A stretch of 64,000 bases of DNA from Candidatus Saccharimonadales bacterium (GTDB lineage: Bacteria > Patescibacteriota > Saccharimonadia > Saccharimonadales > DASZAF01), in the NCBI GenBank assembly GCA_035480055.1, contig DATIIB010000009.1, positions 85,068 through 149,067 on the forward strand, in the 5' to 3' direction. Position numbers and translations under genes: made by a program. Under the pieces are notes generated by a model that was not told the origin of the DNA, made no database searches, and saw only the letters and a program-made list of their open reading frames with translations. Positions 47,756 to 57,180 of the stretch are shown here, in pieces (position 1 is the first letter of the stretch; each line of letters opens with the position of its first letter).

Positions 47756-49243
47756 ATGCGCAGCTCAATTATTACCCTGAAACGCCGCGTTATATTTGGC
47801 ACGCTTCTTTTTTGGAGTGCTGTGGCCTTATTTCACATATGGTTGGCAGTGACCAATCCTTACGCAGCCGTGAATTTGGTGCAACAACCTTACACCACCA
47901 AAGTGCAGCAAAATCAGATTGTGCTGACTCGACATTTTAAGCTAAAAAGTTTTGGCAATAATAGCGCGGGACTTTTAGGGTACTACAAATCTGGCTTTCT
48001 GATTTTGCAAAATACCTACTTTGGAAGCAAGCCAGCTTCAAGTACTAGTGCGCCAGGTATTATCACAGATATCCATGCGCTCCGGTTTGACCCAACCCAA
48101 CCTTACCTGATTTCTGGCGACTCGTTTAGTGTGTTATATCCGCGTAACCTTGGCGTTTTTTATAACTCGATTCTTAATCCCTATACTGCGTTCAACCAAC
48201 AGGACTGGGAAAATCGCCAGCGAATCTATCTCCAGTCAACGGCTTACGCCCTGGACGCATTTGCTGAGCAGAAAAAACTAACCACCACAATCGTTCCTAT
48301 TGGCCAACGCGACGTGTTATTGACTGAGGTCCACCCGGGCTCAGTTCCCTCTGATTCGCTCTATGGTATCCTGTTCGCCCTCCAGGCGCTTCAAGATCCA
48401 ACCTATTATCCCAGTCCTGCGCCATATCAGCTGCAAACGGTTACTGCGGCTCGCAAGCTTACCGCGGAACACAGACAGGATCTCCGCACGCTTTTGCAGG
48501 TATATCTTGCGCAAGTACAAGACCCATCAAGCGGCTTGGTCCGCGCAGATGCCAAGTTAGCCAGCGCGCGAGATGGTGCGACGCGGCGCAGTTCGTTCTA
48601 CGATACTGTCATCCTATGGAAAACGCTCAGCTTGGCAAGCGAACTCGGCGTACAATACACTTCAACCGAAAGTTTGGATAGGCTACACGATACAATCTTA
48701 CAAAAATATTGGAACGAAACCGAAGGGCATTTCCTCGACGATCTTACTCCAGGGCCGCTTGACCAAAACTATTCCTCTGATTGGCTCATCGCTTTGCCAA
48801 CTGGATTCCTGCAGCCAGGTCGGCAGGTCGATCTGCAGTATCTTACGCGAAGTGTCACATTTATTCGCCAGCACCATCTGGCCGAACCATTCCCCATAAA
48901 GTACCGGGCTGGGCAAGTAGCCAATGCGCCATGGGCGGTGCGAACATTTGTCTCAAATTATGGTGGCGATGCAATTTGGAGTTACTGGGGTTCCGAATAC
49001 ATCGATCTGCTGAGCGAGTTAGGCACGGCAACTCATCAAGCAGATTACTCCGCAGAAGCCACACGACATATCTTTACGTATCGCCAAAAGATGATTGAGA
49101 CTCGTGGGTTTCCCGAAACCTTCACGGCTCAAGGCACGTTTCTGCACACCGTCGTGTACGAAAGCATCTGCCAAACTGGGTGGGTGGTTCAGTTCGAGGA
49201 CGCGCTATGGCATAGTGGAGTAAGCATGGAGCAATTACAGTGA
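47756..49243 (+). CDS. Hypothetical N-terminally anchored 495-aa protein, possibly an (alpha/alpha)6-barrel glycoside-hydrolase-like fold
   Basis: It has an N-terminal TM helix (VIFGTLLFWSAVALFHIWLAV). Its aromatic- and acid-rich helical repeat character (e.g. SFYDTVILWKTLSLA, GGDAIWSYWGSEYIDLL) resembles six-hairpin glycosidases. The fold call is weak. Confidence 0.65.
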   Translation: MRSSIITLKRRVIFGTLLFWSAVALFHIWLAVTNPYAAVNLVQQPYTTKVQQNQIVLTRHFKLKSFGNNSAGLLGYYKSGFLILQNTYFGSKPASSTSAPGIITDIHALRFDPTQPYLISGDSFSVLYPRNLGVFYNSILNPYTAFNQQDWENRQRIYLQSTAYALDAFAEQKKLTTTIVPIGQRDVLLTEVHPGSVPSDSLYGILFALQALQDPTYYPSPAPYQLQTVTAARKLTAEHRQDLRTLLQVYLAQVQDPSSGLVRADAKLASARDGATRRSSFYDTVILWKTLSLASELGVQYTSTESLDRLHDTILQKYWNETEGHFLDDLTPGPLDQNYSSDWLIALPTGFLQPGRQVDLQYLTRSVTFIRQHHLAEPFPIKYRAGQVANAPWAVRTFVSNYGGDAIWSYWGSEYIDLLSELGTATHQADYSAEATRHIFTYRQKMIETRGFPETFTAQGTFLHTVVYESICQTGWVVQFEDALWHSGVSMEQLQ

Positions 49244-50229
49244 CCCAACGATTTCGGAAATTCATCGTATTTAATAACCCGCGCAGCACGCACCATCAGT
49301 TGGCGGAGTCGCGCCTGGCAGAGTTGCGGCGCTTATACCCTGACATCCCGATGATGACCATTGCGGTTGGTAAAGACGGAATTGAGCAGCTCAAGAAAGC
49401 GGTTGCTGAGGAACCTCATGCGCTTATTCTGATCGCTGGCGGTGATGGGACGGTTAATTCGGTTCTGAGCGCGCTCCTTACCCATGAACATCTTGCAACT
49501 GCCGCCCGGCACACTCCAATTTTGCCAATGTGGGGTGGCAACGCCAATGACCTGGCGGGCATGTTGAATGGGTTCGCGTTTCGCTCAAAGCTGCCAAGCA
49601 TCATTCAAGAGGGGAGCATCGTTCCCATCCAACCGCTGGAATGCGAGATTATTGCGCCAGGCCAACTTCCACAAAGATATATCGCAGCCTGCTACATCAG
49701 TTTTGGGGCAACCGCCCGCGCTGCTGAGCTCCTTAATCGTACTAGTCATCGTACGCACAAGCTTCGCCGGCTGCCTATTATGGCCACGCTGCGCGATATT
49801 CACAAAGGCGTTTGGGCGATCTTGACCTCACCGAGCTTTCTTTTTCAAGAAGCAGACCGCGAACAGCGTGCGTACGAGCGTGCCTTTATTAATGGTTCGC
49901 GTATGGCGCAGTTAGAAGCTTTCCCAGTAGTTTTAAGCGACAAACAGTTCTTGCAGCGCACCTTTGTGCGCAAGCAAAAGCCTCGCTCATTTATCCCACG
50001 CGTCCAATCTTCCCACCACCATGCCATGAACGAAGCCATGGCAACTATCACTTTTAGCCTTAAAGAACCAACCTGGATGCAGTACGACGGTGAACCGCTC
50101 CAACTCGCAACCGGCACGACCGTGACGATAAGCCACCATCATGGGCACTTTACGGCGCTGAGTACGCGGCTACCACGGCAAAAAGCTAAGAAGAAAGGGC
50201 GTCCTGAACCGAATAGATTACCTGACTAA
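49240..50229 (+). CDS. Diacylglycerol/lipid kinase family protein (DAGK catalytic domain, YegS/BmrU-like)
   Basis: It has the LILIAGGDGTVNSVLSAL (GGDGT) signature. Its start overlaps the upstream stop by 4 nt. Confidence 0.75.
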   Translation: MTQRFRKFIVFNNPRSTHHQLAESRLAELRRLYPDIPMMTIAVGKDGIEQLKKAVAEEPHALILIAGGDGTVNSVLSALLTHEHLATAARHTPILPMWGGNANDLAGMLNGFAFRSKLPSIIQEGSIVPIQPLECEIIAPGQLPQRYIAACYISFGATARAAELLNRTSHRTHKLRRLPIMATLRDIHKGVWAILTSPSFLFQEADREQRAYERAFINGSRMAQLEAFPVVLSDKQFLQRTFVRKQKPRSFIPRVQSSHHHAMNEAMATITFSLKEPTWMQYDGEPLQLATGTTVTISHHHGHFTALSTRLPRQKAKKKGRPEPNRLPD

Positions 50230-51723
50230 CGCATTTTCGATAATACGCGCTCCTTTAATAAAATCTCGCGGAGTATATTGCAGTACATCAAGCTGTTCGA
50301 AAAGACCTGGGCGAATGTCATTGACCGCGCTTTTAAATTCATCGAGCCTGCTTAGGTCTGCGTGCGCTTCCTTCATGAGCGCTAACAACCCTGGTGAGCG
50401 CGCATCAAGTAGGTCAAGGCCATATGCGGCTGGGGCAGTCATAAGGCTAATTCCGCTTGGATTAGTAACTCCAAAGCGCTTTACTGCGACTGCATATCGC
50501 ACCGGCAAGCTAAATTGGAGATCTGGGGGTGGAGCGGCATCCTCACCCACATACCGAATCCCTCCAATCATCATACTTCTGCGACCAAGCCGTGGTGTCT
50601 TTCCGGCTCGTTCCATGCCTTTTACTCGGTGGACATCTGCAAAACCCTCTCCCCAGAAAAGCCCCTTTTCTCGTACCTCGCCATCATCTTGTACGTCATA
50701 CCTCACGAAACCCCCAAGGCCCGCATGTAAGACATGGACCCGATTAAGTGGATTTTCTCCTTCGGGCACTTTGCTTACCAGGACCGGCTGCGCTTCTTCT
50801 TCATGGAGGTGACTTCCCTCGTGCAAGGCCATGGCCTGCACATAATTACGCTCCAAACTTCCCAGGTTACCCGGCACAGGCACAAGAGCTCTACCCATAG
50901 CAGCTCCTCCCATCTCAAAGGACTTCTCGAAGTGAAGTAAGTCCAGGGCTTGATCAAAATATGTCTGAGGCAACACGATAATTTGACCCGAGGAGAGCCC
51001 TTCCTCCTCGAGATACCTTTTGGCCTCCTCAAGTTCCTCAGCGAATGTATCGTTTAAATTGGGAGCCTCGTCCACGAAATGGCAAAATGCCTCCATACGT
51101 CTTGCTTGACTCTCTGCGACCTCTTCGGCATATTCTTGCACACGTGGGTCTTGAGGAAACTCGTTCACATAGACGGCGCCGTCGCTTACGTAATGAAAAT
51201 ATTGGACCTGTTGCCGCAAGGGCACCTGTTCCGTCGCATCTTCAGAAGATTGTGCTTCTTCACCACCCTCACCGTCATCATCATTTTCATCAAACATTTC
51301 CATATTACGTTCGGGTGGTTCAATGCCGCCGCCAGATCCAGCCGCTTGCGTTTCTGGAGTGGGATCTACCTCTGGGATATCATCAAGCAAATCTTCGCTC
51401 GCAGCTGCAGCGTCTGGCGGAGTTTCGCCCTCATCTTCAGAAGTATCAACAGGAATAGCAACGAGCAGTTTCAGTGATGCCTCAAATTGAAGCTGAGGTC
51501 TGGGCAGTTCTTCTTCTATAGGGTCTAAAACTTGCTCTGTGGCAATACTTTTCGCCAATACGTCTTCCAAAGAAACCGCAGTCTCTCCTTCGTCACTTGC
51601 CTGAGTGTCAGTATCGCCCTCGTATCTTACAGTTGCGACATATGGATGAAGATCTCCATGCTCAGTGTAAATTTCACTCTCCAACATAAACCGATTATGC
51701 AAGGACCAGCGGTTGCTGTCCAC
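50218..51723 (-). CDS. Hypothetical 501-aa protein with an acidic N-terminal half and a C-terminal zincin-like region (HEGSH ... WGEGFAD)
   Basis: There is no signal peptide or TM helix. It contains long D/E-rich tracts. An HEXXH motif (MALHEGSHLHEE) is followed ~50 aa later by LFWGEGFAD, which resembles the Glu-containing third-ligand motif of MA-clan gluzincins. The 3' end overlaps the convergent lipid kinase gene by 12 nt. Confidence 0.7.
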   Translation of the reverse strand: MDSNRWSLHNRFMLESEIYTEHGDLHPYVATVRYEGDTDTQASDEGETAVSLEDVLAKSIATEQVLDPIEEELPRPQLQFEASLKLLVAIPVDTSEDEGETPPDAAAASEDLLDDIPEVDPTPETQAAGSGGGIEPPERNMEMFDENDDDGEGGEEAQSSEDATEQVPLRQQVQYFHYVSDGAVYVNEFPQDPRVQEYAEEVAESQARRMEAFCHFVDEAPNLNDTFAEELEEAKRYLEEEGLSSGQIIVLPQTYFDQALDLLHFEKSFEMGGAAMGRALVPVPGNLGSLERNYVQAMALHEGSHLHEEEAQPVLVSKVPEGENPLNRVHVLHAGLGGFVRYDVQDDGEVREKGLFWGEGFADVHRVKGMERAGKTPRLGRRSMMIGGIRYVGEDAAPPPDLQFSLPVRYAVAVKRFGVTNPSGISLMTAPAAYGLDLLDARSPGLLALMKEAHADLSRLDEFKSAVNDIRPGLFEQLDVLQYTPRDFIKGARIIENALVR

Positions 51724-51737
51724 AATATTTTTACCTC

Positions 51738-51766
51738 TTGACCAAAGAAGGGAAATTGGTTACAAT
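51738..51766 (+). promoter_or_regulatory. Promoter TTGACC-17-TACAAT for the rplC-led ribosomal protein operon
   Basis: The -35 TTGACC is at 51738-51743, the spacer is 17 nt and the -10 TACAAT is at 51761-51766. The leader to rplC is ~115 nt. Confidence 0.55.
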
Positions 51767-51884
51767 TGAACGGTAAATCTTTTACGCCTTTATATAAAAA
51801 GTGAGTAAAATCTTGGCGAATTCGCAGGTCCCTACGGGAAACCGCCCATCGACCAAGGTTTTTATATGAGAGAAGGGTTGAGTA

Positions 51885-52502
51885 ATGAAAGCACTCATCG
51901 GTACCAAGATAGGTATGACCCAGATCCTCGGTGAGGATGGTGTTGTCACGCCCGTGACACTCATTCAAGCTGGCCCTTGCACGGTGACTCAGGTAAAGAC
52001 TGTCGAAAAAGACGGTTACAACGCAGTGCAATTGGGTTTTGGATCGGGTAAGAACCTGAGCAATGCCGTGGCCGGTCATGTAAAGACCGCCAACGTCACA
52101 CCAAAAGTAATTCGCGAAATTCGAGACATTGCGTTTGATGCTGAGAGCACCCAAGTGGGGAGCTCTTTTGATGTCAGTGTCTTTGAAGTTGGCGATAAGG
52201 TTAAAGTTACTGGCACCAGTAAGGGTAAGGGCTTTGCCGGCACCGTGAAGCGCCACAACTTTAACACCAGCAAACGCACCCACGGTGGTAACGGCAACGT
52301 CCGTAAGCCGGGTTCGATCGGTTCTATGTACCCTCAGAAAATTTTCAAAGGGAAGCGTATGGCTGGTCAGATGGGTGGCGAGCAGGTAACGGTTAAGAAT
52401 CTCCTCGTCGCACTTGTGGACGCAGAACTTGGCGTTATTGGCGTAAAAGGGGCTGTTCCTGGCCCGCGTAAATCGACTGTAATCATTGGAGGTGCCGCAT
52501 AA
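51885..52502 (+). CDS. rplC: 50S ribosomal protein L3
   Basis: It has MKALIGTKIGMTQILGEDG and FAGTVKRHNF. Confidence 0.97.
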   Translation: MKALIGTKIGMTQILGEDGVVTPVTLIQAGPCTVTQVKTVEKDGYNAVQLGFGSGKNLSNAVAGHVKTANVTPKVIREIRDIAFDAESTQVGSSFDVSVFEVGDKVKVTGTSKGKGFAGTVKRHNFNTSKRTHGGNGNVRKPGSIGSMYPQKIFKGKRMAGQMGGEQVTVKNLLVALVDAELGVIGVKGAVPGPRKSTVIIGGAA

Positions 52503-53128
52503 TGGCCACGACAACTCCTGCAACTAAAAAGGCGACCACCGCTGTGCTTCCTAAAGAAGTTTTCGCAGTGGAAGTCAAAAATCACGAGCTGCTTAAGCTC
52601 GCGTACGAGGCATATCTTGCCAACGGCCGCCCAAACCTCGCCAAGACTTTGCGTCGTGGTGAAGTGAGCGGTGGAGGCCGAAAGCCTTGGAAGCAAAAGG
52701 GAACTGGACGCGCTCGCTTCGGTTCAACTCGTAACCCAATTTGGCGCACCGGTGGTGTGGTCTTTGGTCCGCTCGGCAACGAGAACTACGCCAAGATCGT
52801 GCCAAAGAACGCCAAGCGTGTGGCTTTGCGCCAGGCACTGACACTTGCTGCGCAAGCAGACAAGATTCTGATCTCTGACGCGCTCAAGCCTACTGGTAAG
52901 ACCAAAGACATGTCTGAGCAGCTTGCCAAACTCGGCGCTACCCGCCGCGTTATCATCGCTGTCACTGACAAAACTCCAGAATTACTGCGCGCTACTGGCA
53001 ACCTGCAAAACGTGACCGTCATGCAAGCTACCTATCTGAACGTCTATCACATTATGAATGCCGATAAGATTATCGTCACCAAAGATGCGCTTGCCGCAAT
53101 TACTGCGTGGCTGGGAGGTGAGAAGTAA
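52502..53128 (+). CDS. rplD: 50S ribosomal protein L4
   Basis: It has GGGRKPWKQKGTGRARFGSTRNPIWRTGGVVFGP. Confidence 0.96.
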   Translation: MATTTPATKKATTAVLPKEVFAVEVKNHELLKLAYEAYLANGRPNLAKTLRRGEVSGGGRKPWKQKGTGRARFGSTRNPIWRTGGVVFGPLGNENYAKIVPKNAKRVALRQALTLAAQADKILISDALKPTGKTKDMSEQLAKLGATRRVIIAVTDKTPELLRATGNLQNVTVMQATYLNVYHIMNADKIIVTKDALAAITAWLGGEK

Positions 53129-53451
53129 TGGACGCTGCACATATCGTTCTTAAACCACGCGTCAGCGAAAAGAGCTACGACCACTCGCTGAGCAGCAACA
53201 CCTACGTCTTTGATGTCAACAAAAGCGTCAACAAACAGCAAATCGCTGATGCTGTTGCCGCCCAGTTCAACGTTAAGGTCACCGGTGTTCGCACCTTGAT
53301 CGCCAAAGGCAAACCGGTTCGCAGTATGGTCATGAGCCGTACTCGCCGCCGCGTTGATGTCACCCGAAGTAACTTCAAAAAAGCTTACGTGACTCTCGCC
53401 GAAGGTGACAGCATCAAGATCTTTGATGAGCAAACAGAGGAGAAGAAGTAA
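53128..53451 (+). CDS. rplW: 50S ribosomal protein L23
   Basis: It lies between L4 and L2 and contains VFDVNKSVNKQQIADAVAAQFNVKVTGVRT. Confidence 0.93.
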   Translation: MDAAHIVLKPRVSEKSYDHSLSSNTYVFDVNKSVNKQQIADAVAAQFNVKVTGVRTLIAKGKPVRSMVMSRTRRRVDVTRSNFKKAYVTLAEGDSIKIFDEQTEEKK

Positions 53452-54284
53452 TGGCTATTAAAGCATATCGCCCAACGACCAATGCCCGTCGCGGCATGAC
53501 CAGCCAGGACTTCGACGCCATCACGACCAAGAAGCCGGTAAAATCACTGCTGAAGGTCAAGAAGAGTAACGCCGGTCGCAACAACACCGGTAAGATCACC
53601 ATCCGTCACCGCGGTGGTGGCGTCAAGAAGTTCTACCGTTTGGTCAACTACCGTTTGGCACCTGGCATGAGCGCCGTGATCGAGCACATTGAGTACGATC
53701 CAAATCGGACTGCGCATATTGCTCGCGTCAAGGACACCGAAGGCAAATATCACTACCTGATCGCCGACAGCAACATGAAGGTTGGTCAGACCATCCAAGC
53801 TGGCCCAGAAGCAACCGTTGAAGCCAGCAACCGTTTGCCACTCAGCGCCATTCCTACTGGTAGCAGCATCTATAACATCGAGCTACAGCCCGGCAAGGGC
53901 GGTCAAATGGTTCGTTCAGCTGGCGCTAAAGCCCAGTTGATGGCCAAAGAAGGCGATTACGCCTTGGTCCGCCTGCCAAGTGGCGAAGTTCGTCGCGTCC
54001 GCGTCGAATGTATGGCCCACATCGGCCAAGTTGGTAACGAGCAGTGGCAGAACGTCAAGCTCGGTTCAGCTGGTCGTCGTCGTCGGCTTGGTTGGCGCCC
54101 ACATGTTCGCGGTAAAGCCATGAACCCAGCCGATCACCCAATGGGTGGTGGTGAAGGTCAGACCGGTCCAGGTCGTCACCCACGCACTCCTTGGGGTGCG
54201 AAGGCTATCGGCCTCAAGACCCGCCGCCGTAAGAGTACAACTAAATATATTGTCCGTAGTCGTCATCAGGCGAAGAGGAAATAG
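53451..54284 (+). CDS. rplB: 50S ribosomal protein L2
   Basis: It has RHRGGGVKKFYR and MNPADHPMGGGEG. Confidence 0.97.
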   Translation: MAIKAYRPTTNARRGMTSQDFDAITTKKPVKSLLKVKKSNAGRNNTGKITIRHRGGGVKKFYRLVNYRLAPGMSAVIEHIEYDPNRTAHIARVKDTEGKYHYLIADSNMKVGQTIQAGPEATVEASNRLPLSAIPTGSSIYNIELQPGKGGQMVRSAGAKAQLMAKEGDYALVRLPSGEVRRVRVECMAHIGQVGNEQWQNVKLGSAGRRRRLGWRPHVRGKAMNPADHPMGGGEGQTGPGRHPRTPWGAKAIGLKTRRRKSTTKYIVRSRHQAKRK

Positions 54285-54294
54285 GGAGTAACAT

Positions 54295-54555
54295 ATGAGT
54301 CGTTCACTGAAAAAAGGACCATTTGTCGACCCGAAGCTCGCTAAGAAAGTGGCGGCACTCGGGCAAAATGACCGCACCGTTATTAAAACTTGGGCTCGCG
54401 CTAGCACCATCACTCCAGATATGGTAGGCCGCACCATTGCTGTACACAACGGCAAGGTGCACGTACCTGTATTTGTCAGTGAAAACATGGTTGGCCACAA
54501 GCTTGGTGAATTTTCACCAACTCGCAAGTTCCGTAAGCACGGCGGGAAAGGATAG
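54295..54555 (+). CDS. rpsS: 30S ribosomal protein S19
   Basis: It has [12 protein letters not shown] and [12 protein letters not shown]. Confidence 0.96.
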   Translation: MSRSLKKGPFVDPKLAKKVAALGQNDRTVIKTWARASTITPDMVGRTIAVHNGKVHVPVFVSENMVGHKLGEFSPTRKFRKHGGKG

Positions 54556-54557
54556 TC

Positions 54558-54950
54558 ATGGCAGAAGTACAAGCTATCTCAAAAGGCATCCGCATGAGCC
54601 CGCGTAAAGTTGGCTTAATTGCCAGCCTGGTTCGTGACCGCACCGTTGCTGACGCCCTGGTTATCTTGCAGCACACACCCAAGCGTGCCGCTGGTCCAGT
54701 AGTCAAAGCAATTGCAAGCGCCAAAGCCAACGCCCTGAACAACCACGGCTTAGCCGAGCAGAGCTTGGTGATCGCTTCATTGGAAGTCACCGCTGGTGCA
54801 ACCATGAAACGTTTCCGCCCGATTGCTCACGGTGCAGCGCACCCCATCGCCAAGCGAACCAGCCACATCCGCGTGGTACTTACCGGCGAACCAAAACCCA
54901 AGAAAACCCCCGCTACTAAAGCAGCAACTAAGAAAGTGGAAAAGGAGTAG
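54558..54950 (+). CDS. rplV: 50S ribosomal protein L22
   Basis: It has IRMSPRKVGLIASLVRDRTVADAL and its position fits the conserved order. Confidence 0.94.
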   Translation: MAEVQAISKGIRMSPRKVGLIASLVRDRTVADALVILQHTPKRAAGPVVKAIASAKANALNNHGLAEQSLVIASLEVTAGATMKRFRPIAHGAAHPIAKRTSHIRVVLTGEPKPKKTPATKAATKKVEKE

Positions 54951-54953
54951 GCT

Positions 54954-55589
54954 ATGGGACAAAAAGTTAACCCGATTAGCATGCGCCTCCAGGTCACCAA
55001 AGACTGGCGATCAAAATGGTTTGCTGGTTCCAAGCGTGAGTTTGCCAACACACTCATTCAAGACCTGAAGGTCCGCGAAGTAATCGAAAAGAAATTCGCT
55101 GGTCGCGCCGTGATCAGCAAGATTGACATCGAGCGCTCAACCAGCCTCGTCACAGTCACCATTTACACCGCCAAAGCTGGTGTGGTGATTGGCCGCGGTG
55201 GTGTTGGCGCCAAGGAGCTTAAAGAATCTATCGAGAAAATCATGGGGATCACCACCCGAGTAAACATCGAAGAGATCAAGCGCCCAGAACTCAGCGCCAA
55301 ACTGGTTGCTGAAAACATTGCCCGCCAGCTCGAACGCCGTATTGCCTTCCGCCGCGCAGTAAAGATGAGTGCTCAAAACACCATGAATGCTGGCGCGAAA
55401 GGTGTCCGCATCGAGGTGGCTGGCCGATTAAACAACGCCGACATGAGTCGTCGCGAAAAGGAAATCCAGGGCTCAGTGCCACTGCACACTCTTCGCGCTG
55501 ACGTTGATTATCACAGTGCCCGTGCCCTTATCAAAGGCTACGGCATCATTGGTATCAAGGTGTGGGTCTATAAGGGCGAGCGAGCCTAA
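54954..55589 (+). CDS. rpsC: 30S ribosomal protein S3
   Basis: It has MGQKVNPISMRL and a KH domain, followed by GRLNNADMSRRE. Confidence 0.96.
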   Translation: MGQKVNPISMRLQVTKDWRSKWFAGSKREFANTLIQDLKVREVIEKKFAGRAVISKIDIERSTSLVTVTIYTAKAGVVIGRGGVGAKELKESIEKIMGITTRVNIEEIKRPELSAKLVAENIARQLERRIAFRRAVKMSAQNTMNAGAKGVRIEVAGRLNNADMSRREKEIQGSVPLHTLRADVDYHSARALIKGYGIIGIKVWVYKGERA

Positions 55590-55605
55590 GGTTAAGGAGT
55601 AAGAT

Positions 55606-56028
55606 ATGTTATTACCCAAGAAAACCAAGTTTCGCAAAGCCTTTAAGGGCCGCAACCGCGGTGAAGCAACCAGCGGCAACTACATTGCCTTTGGTGAATT
55701 CGGCCTCCAAAGCCAAGACAACGAGCGCATTACCTCTCGCCAGATCGAGGCAGCTCGTCAAGCAATGACCCGTCACGTCAAACGTGGCGGTAAGATCTGG
55801 ATCCGCATCTTCCCACACACTCCGGTGACTCGCAAGCCACAGGATGTGAAGATGGGTAGCGGTAAAGGTAACCCAGAGTTCTTCGTGGCGAAAGTCAAAG
55901 CTGGCACCGTTTTGTTTGAAATGGCCGGCGTGAGCGAAGAACTCGCTCGCGAAGCAATGCGTTTGGCTGCGCACAAGTTGCCAGTTAAATGTAAATTCGT
56001 GATCCGCGAACAGGAGACAGCACTATGA
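55606..56028 (+). CDS. rplP: 50S ribosomal protein L16
   Basis: It has [16 protein letters not shown] and [12 protein letters not shown]. Confidence 0.96.
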   Translation: MLLPKKTKFRKAFKGRNRGEATSGNYIAFGEFGLQSQDNERITSRQIEAARQAMTRHVKRGGKIWIRIFPHTPVTRKPQDVKMGSGKGNPEFFVAKVKAGTVLFEMAGVSEELAREAMRLAAHKLPVKCKFVIREQETAL

Positions 56029-56207
56029 GTAAGCAAGAAGAGAAGAAAGTAATGACTGTCGCCGAACTTCGTCAGGAATTAGCTGAAGCGAAGCGTTCAC
56101 ACAAAATGGGTGAACTGAAGAACACCGCCCACTTACGTGAGTTACGAGTAGCAATTGCTCGTGCGCTCACCACTGAGAGTGCGGATAAGAAAGTAGAGGA
56201 GAAATAA
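56025..56207 (+). CDS. rpmC: 50S ribosomal protein L29
   Basis: It is 60 aa and helical, and lies between L16 and S17. It contains [12 protein letters not shown]. Confidence 0.9.
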   Translation: MSKQEEKKVMTVAELRQELAEAKRSHKMGELKNTAHLRELRVAIARALTTESADKKVEEK

Positions 56208-56208
56208 G

Positions 56209-56487
56209 ATGGCACGTCGCATTATAGGTACCGTCACCTCTGACAAGCAGGATAAGACTATTGTAGTGACTGTCCAGCGCCAAAAGACGCATCCAATTTA
56301 TAAAAAGACCTTTAAAGTGAGCAAGAAATTTCAAGCTCATGACGAAAAAGGTCAGGCAAAAATTGGTGACAAGGTTGAGATTATCGAAACCATCCCAATG
56401 AGCAAGACAAAGCATTTCAAGCTCGTTAAAGTTCTTGAAACCGCCAATGTTCTTGAGACGCTTGCCGATGAGGAGCCGAAGGTATGA
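56209..56487 (+). CDS. rpsQ: 30S ribosomal protein S17
   Basis: It has [28 protein letters not shown]. Confidence 0.95.
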   Translation: MARRIIGTVTSDKQDKTIVVTVQRQKTHPIYKKTFKVSKKFQAHDEKGQAKIGDKVEIIETIPMSKTKHFKLVKVLETANVLETLADEEPKV

Positions 56488-56852
56488 TCCAACAAGAATC
56501 TCGCCTAAAGGTCGCTGATAACAGCGGCGCGAAGCAGATCCTCTGCATCCGCGTTCTTGGCGGCACCCGTCGTCGGTACGCTCGCGTTGGTGACATTATT
56601 GTTGCCACCGTCAAGCAAGCCAACCCAAGCGGTAACGTCAAAAAGAAGACTGTAGTCAAGGCCGTTGTGGTTCGCACCACCGACCAAATCCGTCGTAAAG
56701 ACGGTTCGACCATTCGTTTTGACGATAACGCTGCTGTCATTATCGACGAAAACAAGCAACCTAAAGCCACGCGTATCTTTGGCCCAGTCCCCCGCGAACT
56801 GCGCGACCACGGCTACATGAAGATCGTGTCGCTCGCACCGGAGGTACTCTAA
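56484..56852 (+). CDS. rplN: 50S ribosomal protein L14
   Basis: It has [17 protein letters not shown]. Confidence 0.97.
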   Translation: MIQQESRLKVADNSGAKQILCIRVLGGTRRRYARVGDIIVATVKQANPSGNVKKKTVVKAVVVRTTDQIRRKDGSTIRFDDNAAVIIDENKQPKATRIFGPVPRELRDHGYMKIVSLAPEVL

Positions 56853-56853
56853 A

Positions 56854-57180
56854 ATGAGTGCATTACGTATCAAAAAAGGCGACACCGTTATGGTTCGCGC
56901 CGGCCGCGAAAAAGGAAAGACCGGTAAAGTGCTCAGCGTCAGTCCAACTGCCGGTACTGTGATGGTCGAAGGTGTCAACATTGTCACCAAACACATCAAA
57001 CGCACCCAAGCCAACCCTCGTGGTGGCATCGAAAAAGTGGCTCGTCCACTACCAATCAGCAAAGTCTCGATTGTGCATCCAGATAAAGAAGGTCGAACCA
57101 GCCGAGTTGGTTATCAACTCGCCAAAGATGGCACCAAGACTCGCGTCTACCGCCAAGCTGCAAATAAGGAGATCAAGTAA
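56854..57180 (+). CDS. rplX: 50S ribosomal protein L24
   Basis: It has IKKGDTVMVRAGREKGKTGKV (KOW motif). Confidence 0.95.
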   Translation: MSALRIKKGDTVMVRAGREKGKTGKVLSVSPTAGTVMVEGVNIVTKHIKRTQANPRGGIEKVARPLPISKVSIVHPDKEGRTSRVGYQLAKDGTKTRVYRQAANKEIK

